A stretch of DNA of 64,000 nucleotides. Source: Octopus bimaculoides (lineage: Eukaryota). Positions 38,551 through 53,245 of the stretch are shown here, piece after piece; positions within the stretch are counted from its first letter, which is position 1; every line of letters starts with the position of its first letter. Location: contig NC_069004.1 of assembly GCF_001194135.2 (NCBI RefSeq), positions 19,268,105 through 19,332,104 of the forward strand. Direction: 5' to 3'. The notes beneath the pieces are model-generated. The model did not search any database. It saw nothing but the letters and a program-made list of their open reading frames with translations, and was not told the origin of the DNA. The translations under genes and the position numbers were made by a program.

Positions 38551-39119
38551 GGAGGCGCAATGGCCCAGTGGTTAGGGCAGCGGACTCGCGGTCATATGAT
38601 CGTGGTTTCGATTTCCAGACCGGGCATTGTGAGTGTTTATTGAGCAAAAACACCTGAAAGCTCCATGAGGCTCCGGCAGGGGATGGTGGCGAACCCTGCT
38701 GTACTCTTTCACCACAACTTTCTCTCACTCTTACTTCCTGTTTCTGTTGTGTCTGTAATTCAAAGGGTCAGCCTTGTCACACTGTGTCACACTGAATATC
38801 CCCGAGAACTACGTTAAGGGTACACNNNNNNNNNNGAGCAAAAACACCTGAAAGCTCCATGAGGCTCCGGCAGGGGATGGTGGCGAACCCTGCTGTACTC
38901 TTTCACCACAACTTTCTCTCACTCTTACTTCCTGTTTCTGTTGTGTCTGTAATTCAAAGGGTCAGCCTTGTCACACTGTGTCACACTGAATATCCCCGAG
39001 AACTACGTTAAGGGTACACGTGTCAGCCACTTGCACGTTAATTTCACGAGCAGGCTGTTCCGTTGATCGGATCAACTGGAACCCTCAACGTCGTAAGCGA
39101 CGGAGTGCCAACAACAACA
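38551..39119 (+). mobile_element. tRNA-derived SINE of a different family; internal part duplicated across the N gap
   Basis: ggaggcgcaatggcccagtggttagg...ggtttcgatttcc head; the structured tail gttgatcggatcaac...cgtcgtaagcgacg(aac)n also occurs at about 7835-7905. Confidence 0.8.
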
Positions 39120-39914
39120 TATGGATATATATATGTAGGGAGAAGGATTTATGAATTCAATGTCTACTTTGATTCCTTTTGTTCCATATCCAAATATATC
39201 AGAGCCACTTTTCATAAAAGTACATTTGTTTTATAAAATTTAGACCAGGTTAAAAGAGGAAGTGCCAGATATCCATAGAAGACATTCCAGACTGATAACT
39301 TGATCTTATACAGATTAATACCAGTAGGGGAAATGTGGGGAAGAGAGAGACTTGCTGAGAGTTGCAGTTCTAGAAAAGCAGAACTGGGTAATGTCTGGTG
39401 TGATTTGACAAGTGAAAAATGAGACACAATAAAGCTGATGAAAGAGAAGTTAGAATGGTGTACATACACATATGTATGACACAGAACCAAGATATGAGGC
39501 ACATTGCTATAGCAAGAAGACCTGCCCACTACAATCGAGATCCTAAAACCAAGGTGTCACATAAAAAGCACTGGTGTGGGTGCCGGTGCCACATAAAAAA
39601 TACTGGTGCTGGTGACATGTAAAAAGCACCCAGTACACTCTGTGAAGTTGTTGGTGTTAGGAAGGGCATCCAGCTGTAGAAACCAAACCAAAACAGACTA
39701 TGGAACCTGGTGTGGCTCCTGGCCTTAGCAGTTCCTATCGAGCCATCCAACCCAAGCCTGCAAGGAAAACAGATATTTCATTTCTGTCTACCAAATTCAC
39801 TTGTAAGGTTTTGGTTAGTCTGGGACCATGTGATTGAAAAACCTGTGCTTTGTGAATGAAATTTTGAAAACAGAAACTGTAAAACTCTTGTCAGATGCAT
39901 GTGCACATTCATGT

Positions 39915-39956
<42 letters not shown>

Positions 39957-42039
39957 TTGCATCTAATGAAAATACTAATGTGGTGCATAAGTATTGAGTT
40001 AGGCCACTTTATACCAACCAATAAACATCAATAAAACAAACACCAAATTAATCACAACGATCAATATAAACTAAAATCCCAGAAGACAGTGCACCAGCAA
40101 GGTCATAGTAAAAAGACTGAAACCAGTAAAAATATAGTATAATTGAGAACTAAGGGTCCTTCCTAAAATGCTGACTATTTCTTCTTACTATGAGACACTA
40201 GCAGATTTCCCTTTTCACCATTTACATTCTCCAAGCAGAGTAACTCCATTGATGTTCTGTTAAAGAACTTGACTGCTAAATACAATAAGGTACCAGTAAT
40301 CTCAGTGACATAAACTTTGAGTAGTACTGGTATTTGGTACTAGTTGGTACATAATCAGAGCTGGTTATAAGCCAATTAAATTTGTTCGAAGTAGAGGACC
40401 TCGTGCACAAGAGAGAGCCAAGTGAAAGCCCCAAGCACACCCTCGAGAAGAGGATGCTATGATAAACTTTTAGTACATCATTGTGGCTAATGATAGAGCT
40501 TCAAAATTTCAACACTTTTTTGCTGGGACTGGTGTACTACATGAAGCATAAAACCTCAATCTTCAGCATTTGTAGGGAAGAAAGCCCTACTGACAATTCT
40601 CTAACTGGGCCCTCATACTTCTTAGTGCTGGCCCTGCACATACAAACAATTAAACCAATTAGATAGACATGTTCAAACTGGGCCCTGCACCAAGAGAGGG
40701 CCCCACACACACAACTGAACGGAAGAATGCTATGATGAATTTTTAGTATATCATTGTGGCTAATGGTTGAACCTCAAGCCCTCAACACTCTTTGGCTGGG
40801 ACTGGTATACTACATGAAGCATAAAACATCAATCTTCAGCATTTGTAGGATAGAGGGCTCCAACTACAATTCTCTAATTGGGACCTGCACTTCCTAACAC
40901 CATCCCTGTCAATATAGAATAAGCAGTTCCATCATGAGTTCCAGTCCTTGTTGTAGTATGGTGGCTTGTGTGCCTCACTGTCCATAAGAACTATGCCAGC
41001 AGATCACAAATTCCTTGTAGGGCCTCCCATGATGGACAGGTCAAAACACAGAGGCCAGACTAAAAGGGATCACTTCTTCCCAGAGGTAGAAAAGGGTTTA
41101 TATAAGGGCAACATACCAACCTATAAAAATGCAAAGTTACAGATGCAGGCATGGCTGTGTGGTAAGAAGTTTGCTTCCCAGCTACACTAGTCCACAACTA
41201 TCACATAATGTCAAGACAAGGAACCGTAGAATAATTCTGATGTACTCAATACTATTTACAATCAAGAATGAGAAAAATCAATACATTTGAAGAGTAAAGA
41301 ATATTGTTGGATTTACAATTCCCACACTGGTATGAAATCACTGGTCATATAAAGTACTGACCCTTCCAATTCCAATAATATATATATAGACATACACACT
41401 CACATTGTAGACACTCAGTCAAGCACAAACACACGACAGGCTTTGATATAGTTTGTCTAATACAGTAGTTCTGACTGGGATCCATATGACCACTAGGAGT
41501 CTATTCAACATTTATGAGGGTCCGTAATAGTAAATTGGGGATCAACAGTAGTATTTTATTGGTCCATGAAAAATTTTGATTTAAATGTATTTGTTGGAAG
41601 AAACAGTTGGGTTTCTTTCTCTAACATTTTACATAGTTCAGCCTACACAAGTGAATGTATGATAAACAAAATAGGAATTTTTAAAAAAAGTATCTATAAA
41701 ACTAGTTTTCAAACATTGAATAGCTATGAAGTTCCACTAGAACAAAATGGTAATCAAAGGAGTCCATAAAGAAAAAAAAAACAGTTGAGAACCACTGGTC
41801 AAATAAATTCCATTCACAAGGTATTGGTCCATTCTAGACAATGATAGAAGACATTATTTGCCCAAAGTGTTGTACAGAGGGATCAAACTTAGAACTGTAG
41901 TTACAGAGCAAACTTATTAACTACACAACCATATCTATTTGGTAAGAGAATATCAACCTATTTAGTATGTGCCATGCTGACTAATCAGGTCTTTTTTTAT
42001 ATTTTACATTTGTTTATCCATGAATGGGTTAGACAACTC

Positions 42040-42480
42040 TTCCCAAGCACAGCATCTAATCCCCTGTAACAGTCCTATGTCATAATCTTTACTGAAACCA
42101 CCTTTCATCAGTTCTGTCCACATCTATCTTGGTTTTCCTCTGCCACAAGTTCTTCCCAAATGAATTGCTTGGCACTTTTTTGTCGTTCTCCATACGCATC
42201 ACGTCATTCATATCAGATGAGTTTTTTTTGTTTTTTTTCTATCTCTCTCTTTCTCTCTTGCATACTACTTTTGATTCCTCTTGTACACAGTTTTTCTCTC
42301 AACTCATTTGTGCTCCATTGTGTTCATGCACACTAACAATTGTTCAACATAAACCCACAATTCTGAAAGTTTCAAACACTGCACAATTGTGTGCAGAACA
42401 GTTTAACTGTTCTGTTCACATCTTGGAGAAAGTGGGCAAACACAAAGAGCCATGCCTGGTGAGTTTATCCCAAAATGGTA
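42040..42480 (-). mobile_element. RTE-like LINE 3' remnant
   Basis: Minus-strand LREKL...GIKSSMQERK and RTCGRGKP-like segments. Confidence 0.5.
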
Positions 42481-44370
42481 AGGCTCCTCGGTAACATTGT
42501 CATGCCAGGGACTTTTGGAAACTGTCCATAGGCCCTGGCCCAAATGTTCTCCATGCTGTCTGAAGGTCTAACAAGTGATTCAGATTGAAGGAGACACGGA
42601 CACACCAAGCAGTTCTGATTTAACAACTGAATGTTAAGTGATCATTCGTGTCTACTTTTCATATTGGTGGTTCTCATTGCAGTTGAATTAATTCAACTGG
42701 TGCAGGTACCAGGTTTCTCATGAAGACCCAAAACATCTCATGGCATAAATACAAGACCAATGCAGAGATTAATGGGACTCACTCTGTCCACCTCTACTAC
42801 TATTGCTCAATACAAGCTAGGCTTTACTGGCCACTGACTGCTATTGTAGTGAACAACAAGACTTTAGATGTTTTATCTTAGAGATGTCCACACTCTAATA
42901 GAGAAAGACAACCACTCAGTTATATTGATGTTACTGGCAGACACACATATCATGAAATTGATGAGCTACCAAAACTAAAAAGAACCAGAGTTTCCTGCTG
43001 CAAAATTGTGAACTGTATCTCTGTTGTAAACATTTGAAGAAGAATTCGACTGCAATAACAATGACACAAGTTTTTTCAAGTCTCTTTGGTAAATAAGCAT
43101 TTCATCTGATACAAGTAGGCACTGACTGGATAGAACTATTGTTAAATATGTTCCAGCCATAACCATCCTGTCTTTTTGTACAGAACGAGACAATTGAGCA
43201 TGGCTGTTTGGCTGCTGGTGATTCGGCATGGCTGAGAGGATCCAGAATCTGATTTGGTGACAATACTTTTTGGTACCGTAGGCAAGCATATGCTTTCACA
43301 CAAACACACAGGTGTACATGCATAGAAATGCACACATACAGGTAAAAGAGAAATATGTTCATACACATAAACAGAGAGAATGGATGGGAGAGAAACAATA
43401 GAATGTCTAATGACAAATAAGTGAGCATTGAATCAGTGACACTAAATAAGCAGAGCTAAAACATCTGATAATCCTTTTTATGGACCCATGACAACATTGT
43501 GTTGCTTCATTTTCTAAGATAGTGCCATTTGATAGAGCTTTGACTTATTACAAGCAGGTCAAGCAACTGTATAGAACCTCTCTTTTTGTCATATACATGT
43601 TAAATTCATTGTGTATATAATGTCAGAATTACATTAACCCTTTTTTGTTACCAAATTTCTACTGAAATGCATGGCTTTTCATCATCATCATCATTTAATG
43701 TCCGTCTTCCATTACTTTTGTTACAATTAATTTTTTTAAATAATGAAGAATTTTTGTAAAATAACATTGTCATTATCAAACTGAGTATGGACCATAAATT
43801 AACACAGAAATTTCAATGAAAAGTTTCAGATTACTTTTAAAACAGTAAGTTTAAATCACAGAACCAAGGGCAGTCTCAAGCAACTTGTAATCAAAACAGT
43901 TATATAATGCTGTTAGATACAAAATATTAATTCTTTTTCAACTATGTAAATATTGATCTCTATCATGTTATGTCAATCAATAAGTTTTATTTGGAGAAAA
44001 ATAAAGACAAAAAAAAAACAAAACAAAGACATCACTTTTGAAACAGATGGCGATACACATTGAGATATTAAATAGAAGAGACACGTATGAAATTTGAGGC
44101 ATATCCCAACACCCATTCAGTTATATAACTGGCAGAATTATTTCACTGAATATCCACCAAATGGTTAACAAATGAATAACTAGAATAAAAATTTCCTATA
44201 CCTATCTATATGGTAGCTGAATGTATTTTATAACCCCAACTATTATAATTATGTACATGGTGAGAACCTGGGTACATTTTGTACAACTAATAAATACACA
44301 TATGGAGTCAGTATTTGCACATTCAATTTCAACCACCAAAAGCTGCAGATAAGTTCTGATCTTTGTAGAT

Positions 44371-44406
<36 letters not shown>

Positions 44407-44655
44407 CACAAGCATAGCTGTGTGGTGAGAAGCTTGTTTCCCAACCACACGGCACCTTGGGCAAGCATCTACTATAGTCTTGGGCTGACCAAAGCTTTGT
44501 CAATGGATTTGGCAGACAGAAACTGAAAGATGTCCNNNNNNNNNNNNNNNNNNNNNNNNNNNNNNNNNNNNNNNNNNNNNNNNNNNNNNNNNNNNNNNNN
44601 NNNNNNNNNNNNNNNNNNNNNNNNNNNNNNNNNNNNNNNNNNNNNNNNNNNNNNN

Positions 44656-44698
<43 letters not shown>

Positions 44699-44939
44699 TG
44701 CGCGCGCATGTCTTTGTGTATGTTTGTCCCCACTAACACTAGTTGATAACCGATGCTGGTGTGTTTCTGGCTCTGTAACCTAGTGGTTCAGCATAAGCGA
44801 CTGATAGAATAATTACCAGGCTTTAAAAAAAGAACAAGTACTGTTCTTGAATCACACAACTAAAAATTCCTCAAGGCAGAGCTCCAGCATGGCTGCAGTT
44901 TTATGACTAAAACACACAAAAAAACAGAAGCACACTGAT

Positions 44940-45210
44940 GTTGCACATGCAGCAAAGATTGCTAGCTTCATTTCTTTCTAGTCTTCACACGACCTCTGCA
45001 TTCACAAACCAAGTTTCACAACTTCATAGCATTGCCGTTCATACACAAGCATTATATAATCTGTCTTTCAGAATGAAAGACAGCCCTTTCGTTATCAACA
45101 GAGTTAATAATTCTCTGAACTTTCTCCAGCCAGTTCTTATTCTAGCAACAATACTTTCAGCATATCCACCACCACCAACAACAACAACCCCTGCTAATTA
45201 GTTTTCCTTG
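44940..45210 (-). mobile_element. RTE-like LINE remnant
   Basis: Minus-strand ESIVARIRTGWRKFRELLTLLITKGLSF...LYNACV...SCETW. Confidence 0.75.
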
Positions 45211-46336
45211 GTCACCGAGACTCTCTACTTACTAGTATTGAGGACACAGTATGAAATTTCTATAAACACCTCTTTTACACATCAATCGAGGCCATTTATA
45301 CAAAGGGATTAGTGTTCTGCCTGTTTCGCTGTTAACTAGCGGTGAATGCTGACCTCAAAATGTTGAGCTTCATTGGAGGAGACGACAAGGAACCAAGATG
45401 AACAGAGATATACTGTGCTTAAGAATATCCATCTATCTCAGCATAAATGATGTCCAGTTAAGCCTTGCCCGCATCTCATCTTTTAACACCCATCCCTCCA
45501 TCAATCTTGTAACTTTAATACTACTCACTCAGATGCTGTAAATGACACCATCCCCCTACACTATCCCTATTACTGTTACTTATCACATCTCTGACTCCTT
45601 TTTCCTTCACTTCCCCTCTCCCAAACTGATATTCCCTGTGTCTACTTCTAACCCTGCAGAATTCAGATTACTCAGTCAAATGCAATACTTATTTATTCAC
45701 ATTGTCTTGAATTAATCATGCATTATCCCATAACTTCCAGATTTCAATGATATGACTTTATTTTCAAAATGACATTGTATGGTAGGTGTGAGAAGTCAGA
45801 TCTGGCCAGGTAGAATGTTTTGAACCGATATGGCTAGTTTTAAATACTAAAAGGTTAACCATCATCTCTCATCTCCCACATTCTTTTCCACTCTAGCACA
45901 CTTATCTACCAGTTCATCTTTTCTGCTTCTCTATCCCTATTATATCTCTTATATTCACCTTGTTTCCTTGGCAAGAGTCTTCTATAAGTTTGGTTTACCA
46001 AAGCCTGGTGAGTGGATTCAGTAGGCAGAACATGAAAGAAGCCTGTCGCGCGCACGTGTGAGTATGCACATATTGGTCTCTTTGTCTTGACATCACATGA
46101 CAGTTGTAAGTGATGTCCTTTGTTTCTAATCTCCCATGATGTCTGGTCACGGGGATATATTACTTTGCTTGCTTAAAGGTGAGGGTTGGAAACAGAAAGG
46201 GCATCCAGCCATAGAACATCCACAACAAATTCCATCCAAACCATGCAACCATGAAAAAGTCTATGTTAACACGACAATGATATTGATGATGTGGTCAAGT
46301 ACTTGAATTAACTACAATACCAACAGGTATGGTGAG

Positions 46337-46575
46337 CATTATTTACATTATTTACATTATTTACATTTGACAGATATATGTCTTGTCTTCTCTTGTTTGT
46401 TGTTAACACAACGTTTCGGCTTAGGAATGAGGACCCAGGTTCAAAATTTCCCTAAGATACCTGATGAAGGCTGGAGGGTATATCAGCCGAAACGTTGTGT
46501 TAACAACAAACAAGATGAGGACAAATATCCGTCTAATGTAAATAACGTACATAATTCCTCATCTCTTAAATATAG
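46337..46575 (+). mobile_element. Penelope-like (pLTR) insertion with partial inverted copy and 15-bp TSD
   Basis: aacaggtatggtgag at 46322-46336 and 46576-46590; a perfect 31-bp inverted repeat at 46391-46421 and 46485-46515; internal hammerhead motif. Confidence 0.75.
46456..46501 (+). ncRNA. Minimal type I hammerhead ribozyme motif
   Basis: Stem I GAUAC/GUGUU, core CUGAUGA(+A), stem II GGCUG/CAGCC, GAAA, palindromic ACGU stem III, predicted cut after GUU (46496). Confidence 0.65.
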
Positions 46576-49500
46576 AACAGGTATGGTGAGTATTTGAATA
46601 TATTTTTGCACTACTAACAACCATAACCACCAATATTAGAAAGAAATTCACGTTGCTATGTAGCTTTGCTTATGTGCACATATATTAATTGCATTTTCCA
46701 CTACAAACTATTATAGTCACCAACACCTCAAACAAATCTTGTTGCTATGTAACTACACAATGTAAACATATTCGCAATGGATGTATAACTAATTTCATTT
46801 TGCATACAACCTGTATTTCTACTGAGTAATATATAATGCATTGTACATGATTTTTTGTATAAATCGTAACTGTCCATATATACACAATCAAAATAATTAC
46901 TAGAAGAGCAAAAATTTCAAAATAATAAAAAGAGTATTTTCTAATTTGCTTAGTAATCAGTGATAGAACTTGTATATTCTGGTTTCATCAGCCTAGAATA
47001 ATGAAAAACATTATCGTTGTATATAATTAAATAAAAACTTCTTGAGAACCTTTCAGTTTTAAATAATAATCTATCAATACTGTAATTTAAACAATTCAGT
47101 TACTGGTTTATTATTTGGATAAAAGATCATACGTGTGTAATGGGNNNNNNNNNNNNNNNNNNNNNNNNNNNNNNNNNNNNNNNNNNNNNNNNNNNNNNNN
47201 NNNNNNNNNNNNNNNNNNNNNNNNNNNNNNNNNNNNNNNNNNNNNNNNNNNNNNNNNNNNNNNNNNNNNNNNNNNTTAGTGAACAAACTAAACACAAACA
47301 AATTGCTGAGGTGAATTACTCAGAGACTCCATCTGCACAAAAACACAATAGTTAAGTTACTATTAACATATTGAGTTAGTATTGATTAGTTTATTATTTA
47401 ACCAAAACTTTCACAATTAAGAAGCTTTCATTTAATTATATAAAGTAAATGGTTCTCAAATGTTTCTCACCATTCAAGATTAAAGAAGCCAAAACATACA
47501 AATTTTATCACTGATTGCTATGAAACGTTAGCACACCAGACAAAATGTTTAGAGGCATTTCCTGTTTTTACATTCTGGGTTCAAATTCTGCTGAGGTCAA
47601 CTTTGCCTTTCATCTTTTCAGAATCAATGAAGTGAGGACCAATCAAGCACTGAAGTCAACGTAATCAACTAGCCCCCCCCCCTCCCCCAAAATTGCAGGC
47701 CTTGTGCCTATAGCAGAAAGGATTATTTTGAAACTTTGCACTTCTTGTAATTATTTTGGTTCTTTACTTAAATAGTTATGGTTTGTACAAAATTTGAAAT
47801 ATACAATGGAAGCAGATCTGTAATGAAAAAAACTATGCTTCTTCCTTAAAGGAAGAAGCATGGAGTTTTTTTCATTACAGATCGAAGCCCAGAGTTTCCC
47901 CTAGGGAGTCGTCACACTTGGCCTCTACCGACCCTCTACAGACTGACGAGGTGGAACCCCCACCGCTAGCTGATCTGATGTTTTGGAAGTGATAAAAATA
48001 TACTGCAAAGCTGCAAAAACAGAGAAATACATATCTGTCAATCTCACAGTCACTTCTGATGTGATCTTGTTTTGCCTAACCCTGAAGTATCTTTTATTCG
48101 TTTCAGTCATTAGACTATAGCCATGCTGGGGCACCAACTTCAAAGTGATTTTTTTTCTCAAGATTATTCCACACATCTTCAAAAGAGCAGAACTAGGAGG
48201 CAGTTCACTGGCACGGAATTTTAAAAAAAGTTCAGTTTGTCACTCAGCATTGTTTTGATAGGTGCGTCAACACACACACACACACGCTTTCTACAGTTTC
48301 CAACTAACAAATATGTTTACCAGGCACTGACCAGCCTGGGGCTACAATAAAAGACACTCAACCCAAAGTGCCATGCGATGGGACTGAACTGGAGACCATG
48401 TGATTAAGAAGCAGATTCTCGGCCACACATGTGTGTTTATACTTGTCTCATAACTTAGCAATTTTATAAAGAGGCTATAGAAGCTGTACTCTCCTCAAAA
48501 ATAAGTAATGGGTTTGTATGATCATCTAAACCCTTGAAGTCCTTGCCCAACAAGACGATTCCCCAATAACAGAAACCAGTGAAAATAATCAACCTATCCC
48601 TCCCCTGAAATTGCTGGTCTTGTGCCAAAATTTGAAAGCACCATTATTATCATTACTACTACTGAGTGAGAGAGCAGTGTATGTCATCAAAGTGACACTG
48701 GGGTAAAATATACAAAGCCCAGTATACCCATCATGACTACCCAACTGATAAGGGTACACATGCATCACAACCACATGTGCATGACATGGTGATCTCATTT
48801 CAAGATAAACAGTACATGACCTTGCAGGTGGAGCTCAATTAAAATTTTCTTCAACTGGAGTAGCCCATCTTGTTCAAAAGGTCCCTGAATAAGGGTTAAG
48901 GATGTCAAACAAAACACCAATGTTTCCAGAAGTGTATTACCCAAAACCCAAAGAATTCCATTCAATACATAGCTATGATGCTCCACCACTACATCTGCTC
49001 ATGATCAGAGATGCACATATCATCAAACACCAAGGAACATGCTCAACTGGTTATGGTCAAACAACTGACAAACAAACCAGTGGTATTGAGCAGAATATTT
49101 GCTGCAGACCATCTCTTTTATACCAAGGCAAAACAATGTACATGATAACACTTCCAATCAGCTCAGATCAGAAGCCATGAGAGCCACTGCCTGATTATTA
49201 TCATCTTAAAGCAGTGAGATGGCAGAATTGTATGTAGGGCAAAATGCTTAGTGGCATTTTGTCTGTTCAAATGCCACCGGAGTCAACTTAGCCTTTCATC
49301 CTTTGGGATCAATAAATTTGAGCCAAAATTTGAAACCACCACCATTATTATTATTATTATTATTATTATTAAGGTGGTGAGCTAGAAGAGTCGTTAGCAT
49401 GCCAGGCAACATGCTTAGCGGCATTTCGTCCATCCTTACATTCTGAGTTAAAATTCTGCCAGAGTCGACTTTGCCTTTCATCCTTTTGGGGTCGATAAAA

Positions 49501-50153
49501 TAAATACTAGTTACACACTGGGTTAAATGTAATTGACTTTCTCCCTCCCTCAAAATTTCAGGCCTTGTGCCTAAATGTTTTTGCAAGTCATTTTCAGGTC
49601 TTAGTCTATCAACAAAAAGATCTTTAACTCTGAAACATTTGATAACAACAAACATTTGATAACAACAAACATTTGATAACAACAAACTTCACATAGTCAT
49701 CTTTCGAAACATGTCTGGTTTAGATATTTACTTTATCAACATCATCATTCTTTAACATCCGTTTTCCATGCTGACAAGGTTTGACCAGAACTAGCAAGCA
49801 AGAGTGCTTCACCAGGCTTCAGTCCGATTTGGCTTGGATTCTACGACTGGATGCCCTTCTTTACACCAACCACTTATCAGTGTGTGCTGGGTGCTTTTAA
49901 CATGGCACTGGTACTTAACTTCATTTGGAAACATGTCTTTACCAGGATAGGATGCATTCGTGTGAGATTACAGGTATACTCTTCTATTAAAGGATTTGTA
50001 AAAAGCGATTTATTTCGACCCTGTTCATGTGCAACTGAAGTATTTTCTTTGAATAGATTTAATAAAAAAAAAGAAAGAAAAAGCAGTAATGTCATTCATT
50101 ATAAAAACAAATCAGCTTCTCGTGAAAATAAACAACTCAATTTGTATACATAC

Positions 50154-50207
50154 CTGATAGGTCGTTCAATACGTGGTGGGTGTTGTGCGCCATAAACTGG
50201 CTTGATA
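50154..50207 (-). CDS. TBC1D22: TBC1D22 exon 2 (IKPVYGAQHPPRIERPI)
   Basis: cgcttttttag acceptor, ag|gtatgt donor, 54 nt, phase 2-2; PVYGAQHPP is family-conserved. Confidence 0.94.
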
Positions 50208-51029
50208 CTAAAAAAGCGAAAGAAGGAAAAATTTCAGTAATTCATAACTCAGTGTTCAGCAATAAAACCCATTTAACAATTTCACAATAAAAATTTTCAA
50301 ACTATATTTATTATTTACATTTACATGACCAATGTGTTTGTTTTGTAACGATAAGAAAGAGATATAAGGTGTTAGTAAAGAAGCCTGGGTGGTATTAGAG
50401 CAGGAAAACAAGGTTGAAAGTCAGGTAAGGTTTCAAAGCTTAATTGGATTCTTGGTCCTGTATTTTGAAGATGTTGTTCCGATAACCAACAGCTGTGAAG
50501 CTGCGGTTTAATAAAAGCGTTTGATTACTTCAGCCTTTCCAAGTGATAGCACCCCTAAAATAATACACTTTAATCTGTATCATCTTGATTTAGCATAAAA
50601 GGGTGAGGTGGGTTATTTTTAAGACAATGGTTTAATACCTGTAGTAGAAAAAATAAAATAAAATTGCTGTCCATCAGCTAGGAATTTGCTAGGCTTTTCA
50701 ATTTCCAAATAACAATGATTTTCGAAATTGTGATCAAGAGTTAGCTTTGCTATGCAGGAGAATGATAAACCAAGAGGCTGTCATGCCTTTCTGAAAGGCA
50801 TCAGAGAAAGAAAGAAATAGATGCACAAAATAAGGTCATAAACTGGCTTTCAAAAGACGGATGACTGTTTTGAATGTCAAAAGTTTAAAGCAAATGAAAT
50901 TTAGTAAATCGTCCAGAAATTAAACTGGGTAAAATAAAGTAACATATATGTCAATGCCAAAACCCATGGGAAGGAAACTTTGATTTCAATGAGGTGAAAA
51001 TATGATTAAATATATTTACATATATCAAG

Positions 51030-51570
51030 AATTTGTTTGTGGAAGATGTGAGCAAGGAGCTGGAGAGCTGATGGAACCAGTGAAAATGCTATGTGATGAG
51101 GTGGAAACAGTAAGAGGGTTTTGTTATTTGAGAGATAGGGTAGGTGTAAATGACGGATGTGAAGCAGATGTGACAGCAAGAGCGAGACTTGGCTGGGTGA
51201 AGTTCAGGGAATGTGGAGTGTTTTTATAGAGGGAAAAGATTCTCATTAAAGATGAAAGGAAGGGTCAATAAGAGTTGTTTGAGAGCTGCAAGGCTGAATG
51301 GGAGTGAGACATGGTGTCAGAGGGAGAGAGAGATGGTAATCTTGAAAAAGACAGAGAGCAATGGTGAGAGAAATGTGTGGGATGAAGCTGTTTGATAAGA
51401 GGAGGACTGAGGACTTGATGGGGATGCTGGGGTTGGAGGAATTGGTGGAATGGTTGGTAAGGGCAAATGGAGTGATGTGTTATGGGCATGTGCTGAGGAG
51501 GGATGAAGAGCATGTTCTGAGGAGGGTGATTGTGCTTGAGGTAAATGGAGCAAGAAAGTGAGGTAGACCA
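51030..51570 (+). mobile_element. RTE-like LINE C-terminal remnant
   Basis: VETVRGFCYLRDR...GCEADVTARARLGWVKFRECG; RFSLKMKGRV...NGSETW; ANGVMCYGHVLRR. Confidence 0.85.
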
Positions 51571-53117
51571 AGGAAAAGGACAAGATTGGGAGGGTTGGTT
51601 TGAAAAAGAAGACACTCAAAACCGGGTTGCTACAGCATGGATGTAGATCCGGCCACGCCTGTTAACGGGGACAAAACCCAGATTTAAAACAATGGATAAT
51701 GATGATGATGAAATTTAATTTAATAGACCCACGTGTTGTGTGTTGCTTGAAATAACTTTCAAAGATATTCATACAATATTGGCGCCAATAGGTATTCTAA
51801 ATAGAATACAAATTTGACAAAATATGTATCAAATCATCACCATCATCATCATCCAGATGAGTGGCTGATAAAGAGCAATGCAACTCATCCAGGACAGATG
51901 TCCCAATCAGTATGATGCAGCATGAATATCTAGCCAGGCTTTTAGTCACATTGGTCTTTCACTAGCTGAAACACCTGCACATTCCATGACTACAGATAAT
52001 AGCAGTAGTTTGCTAACTAAACTGGTTGATCCTGGCCATTGTCAGCATCTGGTGATATTCACCATTGATTCAATGAATTCATTTGCCAAAATAGTTGTAC
52101 CAGAGACACATTATAATCATTGTAGTTTCAATGAGGATTAAGATTGTTATAGAAATTACTTTATAAAGGAGGCTTTGGTCAGTCAAATGAAACACAGTGG
52201 GCTGATGCTAGTTTAGTTGAATTTTTCCTCTCAGTGGGCATGGCTGTGTGGTAAGAAGTTTGCTTCCCAACCACATAGTTTTGGGTTCACTCCCACTACG
52301 TGGCACCTTGAGCAAGTGTCTTCTATTATAGCCTCAGACCAACCAAAACATTATGAGCAGATTTGGTAGACAGAAACTGAAAGAAGCCCATCAGATATAA
52401 ATGTGTGTGCGTGTGTCTTTGTGTCTGTCCCCCACCACTGCTTGACAACCAGTGTTGGTGTGTTTACATCCCCGTAACTTAGCAGTTCAGCAAAGAGACC
52501 AATGGAATAAGTACCAGGCTTAAAAAGAAAACAAGTACTGGGGCTGATTAGTTCAACTAAAATTCCTCGAGGTGGTGCCCCAGCATGGCCAGTCTGATGA
52601 CTGAAACAAGGAAAAGACAAAAGATATCCCACTGTACTGGTTTAGACGAGTGCTGATGTTGTATGGTATATATGCTGCAAGTAGATTTTTCTGCAAACAG
52701 AAGTTATGATAATTAAAATTTCCAATTAGAGTCGATTATTTTTCAATACCACATAGAAAATAAAGAATTTAGGCAGAGAAGGATTATCAAGCAGATTTTA
52801 CAAGCTACACCTTCTCCAGCAACTTGAAATTATCACAATCTCATTTAACAGCTTTCACTTTGATGGTGATGATCAGTGCTTCTCAACAGGGGTTCATACA
52901 AGATTTTGTAATTAAAATTCATGTGCAATAAATTGGTTATACTTCTACAATGCCCAAAACAGGCATGGCTGTATGTTAAGAAGTTTGTTTCCCAACCACG
53001 TAGCTCCAGGTTCCAGTCCCACTGCATGGTACCTCAGGCAAGTGTCTTCTACAATAGCCTCACGCTGACCAAAGCCTTGTGAGTGGATTTGGTAAACAGA
53101 AACTGAAAGAAGCCCAT

Positions 53118-53163
<46 letters not shown>

Positions 53164-53245
53164 AACTACTAACAACACACCATAACAACAACATCCTCTA
53201 GCTTGCAGTGAAATGTTAATCTTATAACTTTGAAGTCTATTACGT

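Noticed and set aside
38837-39020. Exact duplication of about 185 bp of the SINE at 38640-38825
   Set aside because: It flanks a 10-N gap, so it is most likely a contig-overlap assembly artefact.
42975-43428. Three overlapping minus-strand ORFs of 74-108 aa in intron 2
   Set aside because: No recognisable domain or suitable splice sites, and they run into repeat-derived sequence.
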